NCBI RefSeq assembly: GCF_006345805.1 | Contig: NW_021834132.1 | Coordinates: 1 to 26,798 of the forward strand | Direction of reading: 5' to 3' | Length of the DNA: 26,798 nt | Source of the DNA: Octopus sinensis | Taxonomy: Eukaryota | Part shown: positions 23,971 through 26,798 of the stretch, piece after piece | Layout of the letters: the number at the start of each line of letters is the position of its first letter | How positions within the stretch are numbered: the first letter of the stretch is position 1 | The notes under the pieces: model-generated | The model's database searches: none | What the model saw: the letters and a program-made list of their open reading frames with translations, nothing else | What the model was told of the DNA's origin: nothing | Translations under genes and position numbers: made by a program

Positions 23971-24062
23971 TATCTCTGAAGAGCAGAAGAGTTAAATATA
24001 AATGCTTATCAATATAGGATTCCATTATAAGGACAGCACTTCTGTGAAACGATCGTACGATG
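23971..24062 (+). ncRNA. Type I hammerhead ribozyme motif with extended stem II, one stem I mismatch
   Basis: CTGAAGA (23976-23982); stem II GCAGAAG/CTTCTGT enclosing 49 nt; GAAA (24046-24049); AC-GATC-GT; GTA (24055-24057); stem I TATC(T)/(C)GATG. Confidence 0.7.
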
Positions 24063-24224
24063 CTTTAAAACCTTAATTTAAAACTTTTAAACTGTCATAT
24101 ACATTATATATTTATACTTATACATATTTACATATATTTTTATATATATTTATATTTTCAATACAACAATTATTTTACTCACGTATATATCTTTCTGAAG
24201 AATTTTCTAATATTGATTTCCTGA

Positions 24225-24255
<31 letters not shown>

Positions 24256-24287
24256 ATTATTATTATTATTATTTTATATTAATATCA

Positions 24288-24370
<83 letters not shown>

Positions 24371-24384
24371 ATAATATAATAATA

Positions 24385-24421
<37 letters not shown>
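24225..24421. repeat. (ATT)n switching to (AAT)n at ~24367
   Basis: Direct inspection. Confidence 0.9.
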
Positions 24422-24427
<6 letters not shown>

Positions 24428-24876
24428 GATCTTGAATTAGAAATCAGCAAAATGTGGAGCTAAGACTAAACAATACCTGTTGTCATAGTGGCCCTGGGAA
24501 TGATAGCGAAAGGGACTAATGCTACCTAACTCAGATACCAGAAACCCCAAAATGGCAGAAATTCAAAAGATAGGGCTCATGGGAACTGCTCATATCCTAC
24601 GCAAAATACTCTCATGTATTCTCAGGTTTAAAACAACTTTTTAAAAATTATTTATTTATTTATTTATTTTATTTTATTTTATTTTATTTTATTCATTTTT
24701 TATTTTTTATTTTAATTTTTTTTTAATTTGATTTTTATGTATTAGATAGATCATCACTAGTACAACACAAAAAACCCCCCCAATATATGGCACAGAACTT
24801 CCAACCTGTTGTCTCTTGAGGTCTCTGGGTGAGACTTGTAGCCAACTTGTACAAACATAAAGCAAAGTCAACATAG
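24422..24876 (+). pseudogene. 3' fragment of an R4/Dong-like non-LTR retrotransposon (REL endonuclease end plus 3' UTR)
   Basis: With frameshifts: DLELEISKMW...TIPVVIVALGMIAKG...MAEIQKIGLMGTAHILRKIL, matching the KY.DL..EI..LW...PVVIGALG...QK..LLGTAHILR pattern; (TAA)n on both flanks. Confidence 0.82.
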
Positions 24877-24909
<33 letters not shown>

Positions 24910-24975
24910 ATAATAAATAATAAGAATATTTTCTTTTATTTTTTCACTTTTTTCAATCAATTTGATGCGGCGCAA

Positions 24976-25130
24976 CAAATCGACCCTCGGGTATATTCTT
25001 TGTAAGCCTAGTACTTATCTATCGGTCCGATTTGCCGAACCGCAAATGTTACGGTGACGTAAACACACCAACATCGGTTGTCAAGCGATGGTGGGGGAGA
25101 AACCCACAAACACACACACAAATACACACA
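24976..25130 (-). mobile_element. SINE family A, 3'-module fragment
   Basis: CAAATCGACCC...GTAAACACACCAACATCGGTTGTCAAGCGATG matches family A; head and terminal tail missing. Confidence 0.85.
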
Positions 25131-25206
25131 GCACGCGCACACACACTACACCACACCTACACATACTTCTGAGGAAGTGTATCTCCGTGTAGTCCTATGT
25201 AAATAC

Positions 25207-25431
25207 TTATTTCTTTACAACCCTCAAGGGCTAAACACAGAGAGGACAAACAAGGACAGACAAACGGATTAAGTCGAATATAGCGACCCTATGCGTAACT
25301 GGTACTTATTTAATCGACCGCGAAAGGATGAAAGGCAAAGTCGACCTCGGCGGGCGGAATTTGAACTCAGAACGTAGCGACAGACGAAATACTGCTGAGC
25401 ATTTCGCCCAAACGTGCTAACGTTTCTGCCA
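25207..25431 (-). mobile_element. SINE family B
   Basis: Reverse complement aligns with 14905-15135; possible decayed TSD CTATG(T)AAATAC. Confidence 0.9.
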
Positions 25432-25478
25432 TAAGTCTGTGTCTATGAAATACACACACTAATTCTATATAATATATA

Positions 25479-25520
25479 CGTGTGTGTGTGTGTTGTGTGT
25501 GTGTGTGTGTGTGTGGTGGG

Positions 25521-25573
<53 letters not shown>

Positions 25574-25595
25574 CGCGTGTGTGTGTGCGTGCGTG
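25479..25595. repeat. (GT)n microsatellite
   Basis: Direct inspection. Confidence 0.95.
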
Positions 25596-25927
25596 TCACT
25601 ATGCGTTTTGTATTTATTTGTGATTGTGTATAAATAAGGGGTGTTAGGACATGCGAAGCGAAGTGTTAAATATGGCGCGACGGGAGAAAAATGTTCGGCA
25701 ATTGGAGTTAATAGTTTGAAGAAGGATGAAGAAGAGTTTTAAGAGCAATAAATGGCAGCAATACTTAGAGAGTAGCATATAGAAAGTGAAGAAAGAAAGC
25801 AAAGACAAGGGAAAAACGAGACAAGATAAGAAATAAAACAGTTTTTTCACACACGTAAATAAAATATATGTGTGGCTTTCTGTGTGTGCGCGTGAGTGAG
25901 AGTGTGAAATAAGTTTGTGTGCGTGTC

Positions 25928-25929
25928 TA

Positions 25930-25980
<51 letters not shown>

Positions 25981-26004
25981 TATTATATATATATATATAA
26001 TATA

Positions 26005-26035
<31 letters not shown>

Positions 26036-26280
26036 CATATATATATATACATATATATATACATATATATCTATACATATATATATATAAACATAATACA
26101 TTATGGTATATATATATATATATATATATATTATATTATATATATATATATGTACATATATATATGTATATATATTATATATATATATATATAAACATAT
26201 ATACATATATAATATTAAACATATAACATATATTATATATATTATATATATATATACATACATACATAATATATGCATAC
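25928..26280. repeat. Degenerate (TA)n tract
   Basis: Direct inspection. Confidence 0.92.
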
Positions 26281-26798
26281 ATAAATATGTGTGTGTCTGA
26301 GTATATGTATAATGTAAGTATCTATATCTATTAGATCACTCTCTCTCTCTATCTATATATATATATATATACATATATATTATATATATATATAGATATA
26401 CTATATATATATATATATATGTTTAATATATATGTAAATTATATATGTTTGTGTGTATGTGTGTGCGTATGTGCGTGCAAATGTATGTCTGTGTGTGTGT
26501 GTAGAAGTATTCATGCACGTATCAAGATCTCACAAATACGAATGCAAGAGAACAGGGCTTGAGTAGAAGAGCGAAATATTCAGCATATGACCCCCTGACT
26601 GCAATAAAGAGATATACTCTTGTAAACGGAAGAATTCGATATCGAACAATTAAATGCTGATCTTTATGTTGTAGGTGCTGTTAGTGAGAACATGCTCGTC
26701 TTCCATTCCATTCTACAGATATTGAAACATATTGAGAGCTTTCAAGAACGCAATTTCTGTATTTTTTCTCTCTTTTTTCTTTTTTTTTTCGCGTATCC

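Overview
AT-rich, microsatellite-saturated eukaryotic non-coding DNA, most likely from an octopus (inferred from the SINE families and repeat landscape). I can support no intact protein-coding gene: nearly all ORFs in the track are translations of simple repeats. The window is a mosaic of two tRNA-type SINE families (six family-A copies with an internal microsatellite, five family-B copies) and fossil transposons. These include a mariner transposase 3' end, a CR1/Jockey-like LINE 3' end, an R4/Dong-like LINE 3' end in (TAA)n, two Tigger-like MITEs and a Helitron-like element. The most interesting signals are RNA-structural. Two type I hammerhead ribozyme motifs (3253-3359, 23971-24062) share the palindromic loop-3 segment GAAACGATCGTA and carry greatly extended stem II regions of unrelated sequence. 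A ~250-bp foldback palindrome (18978-19229) is built from two variant hammerhead-like units. A recent 177-bp inverted duplication links 18492-18668 and 22345-22521. All calls are by eye; no searches or folding programs were run.
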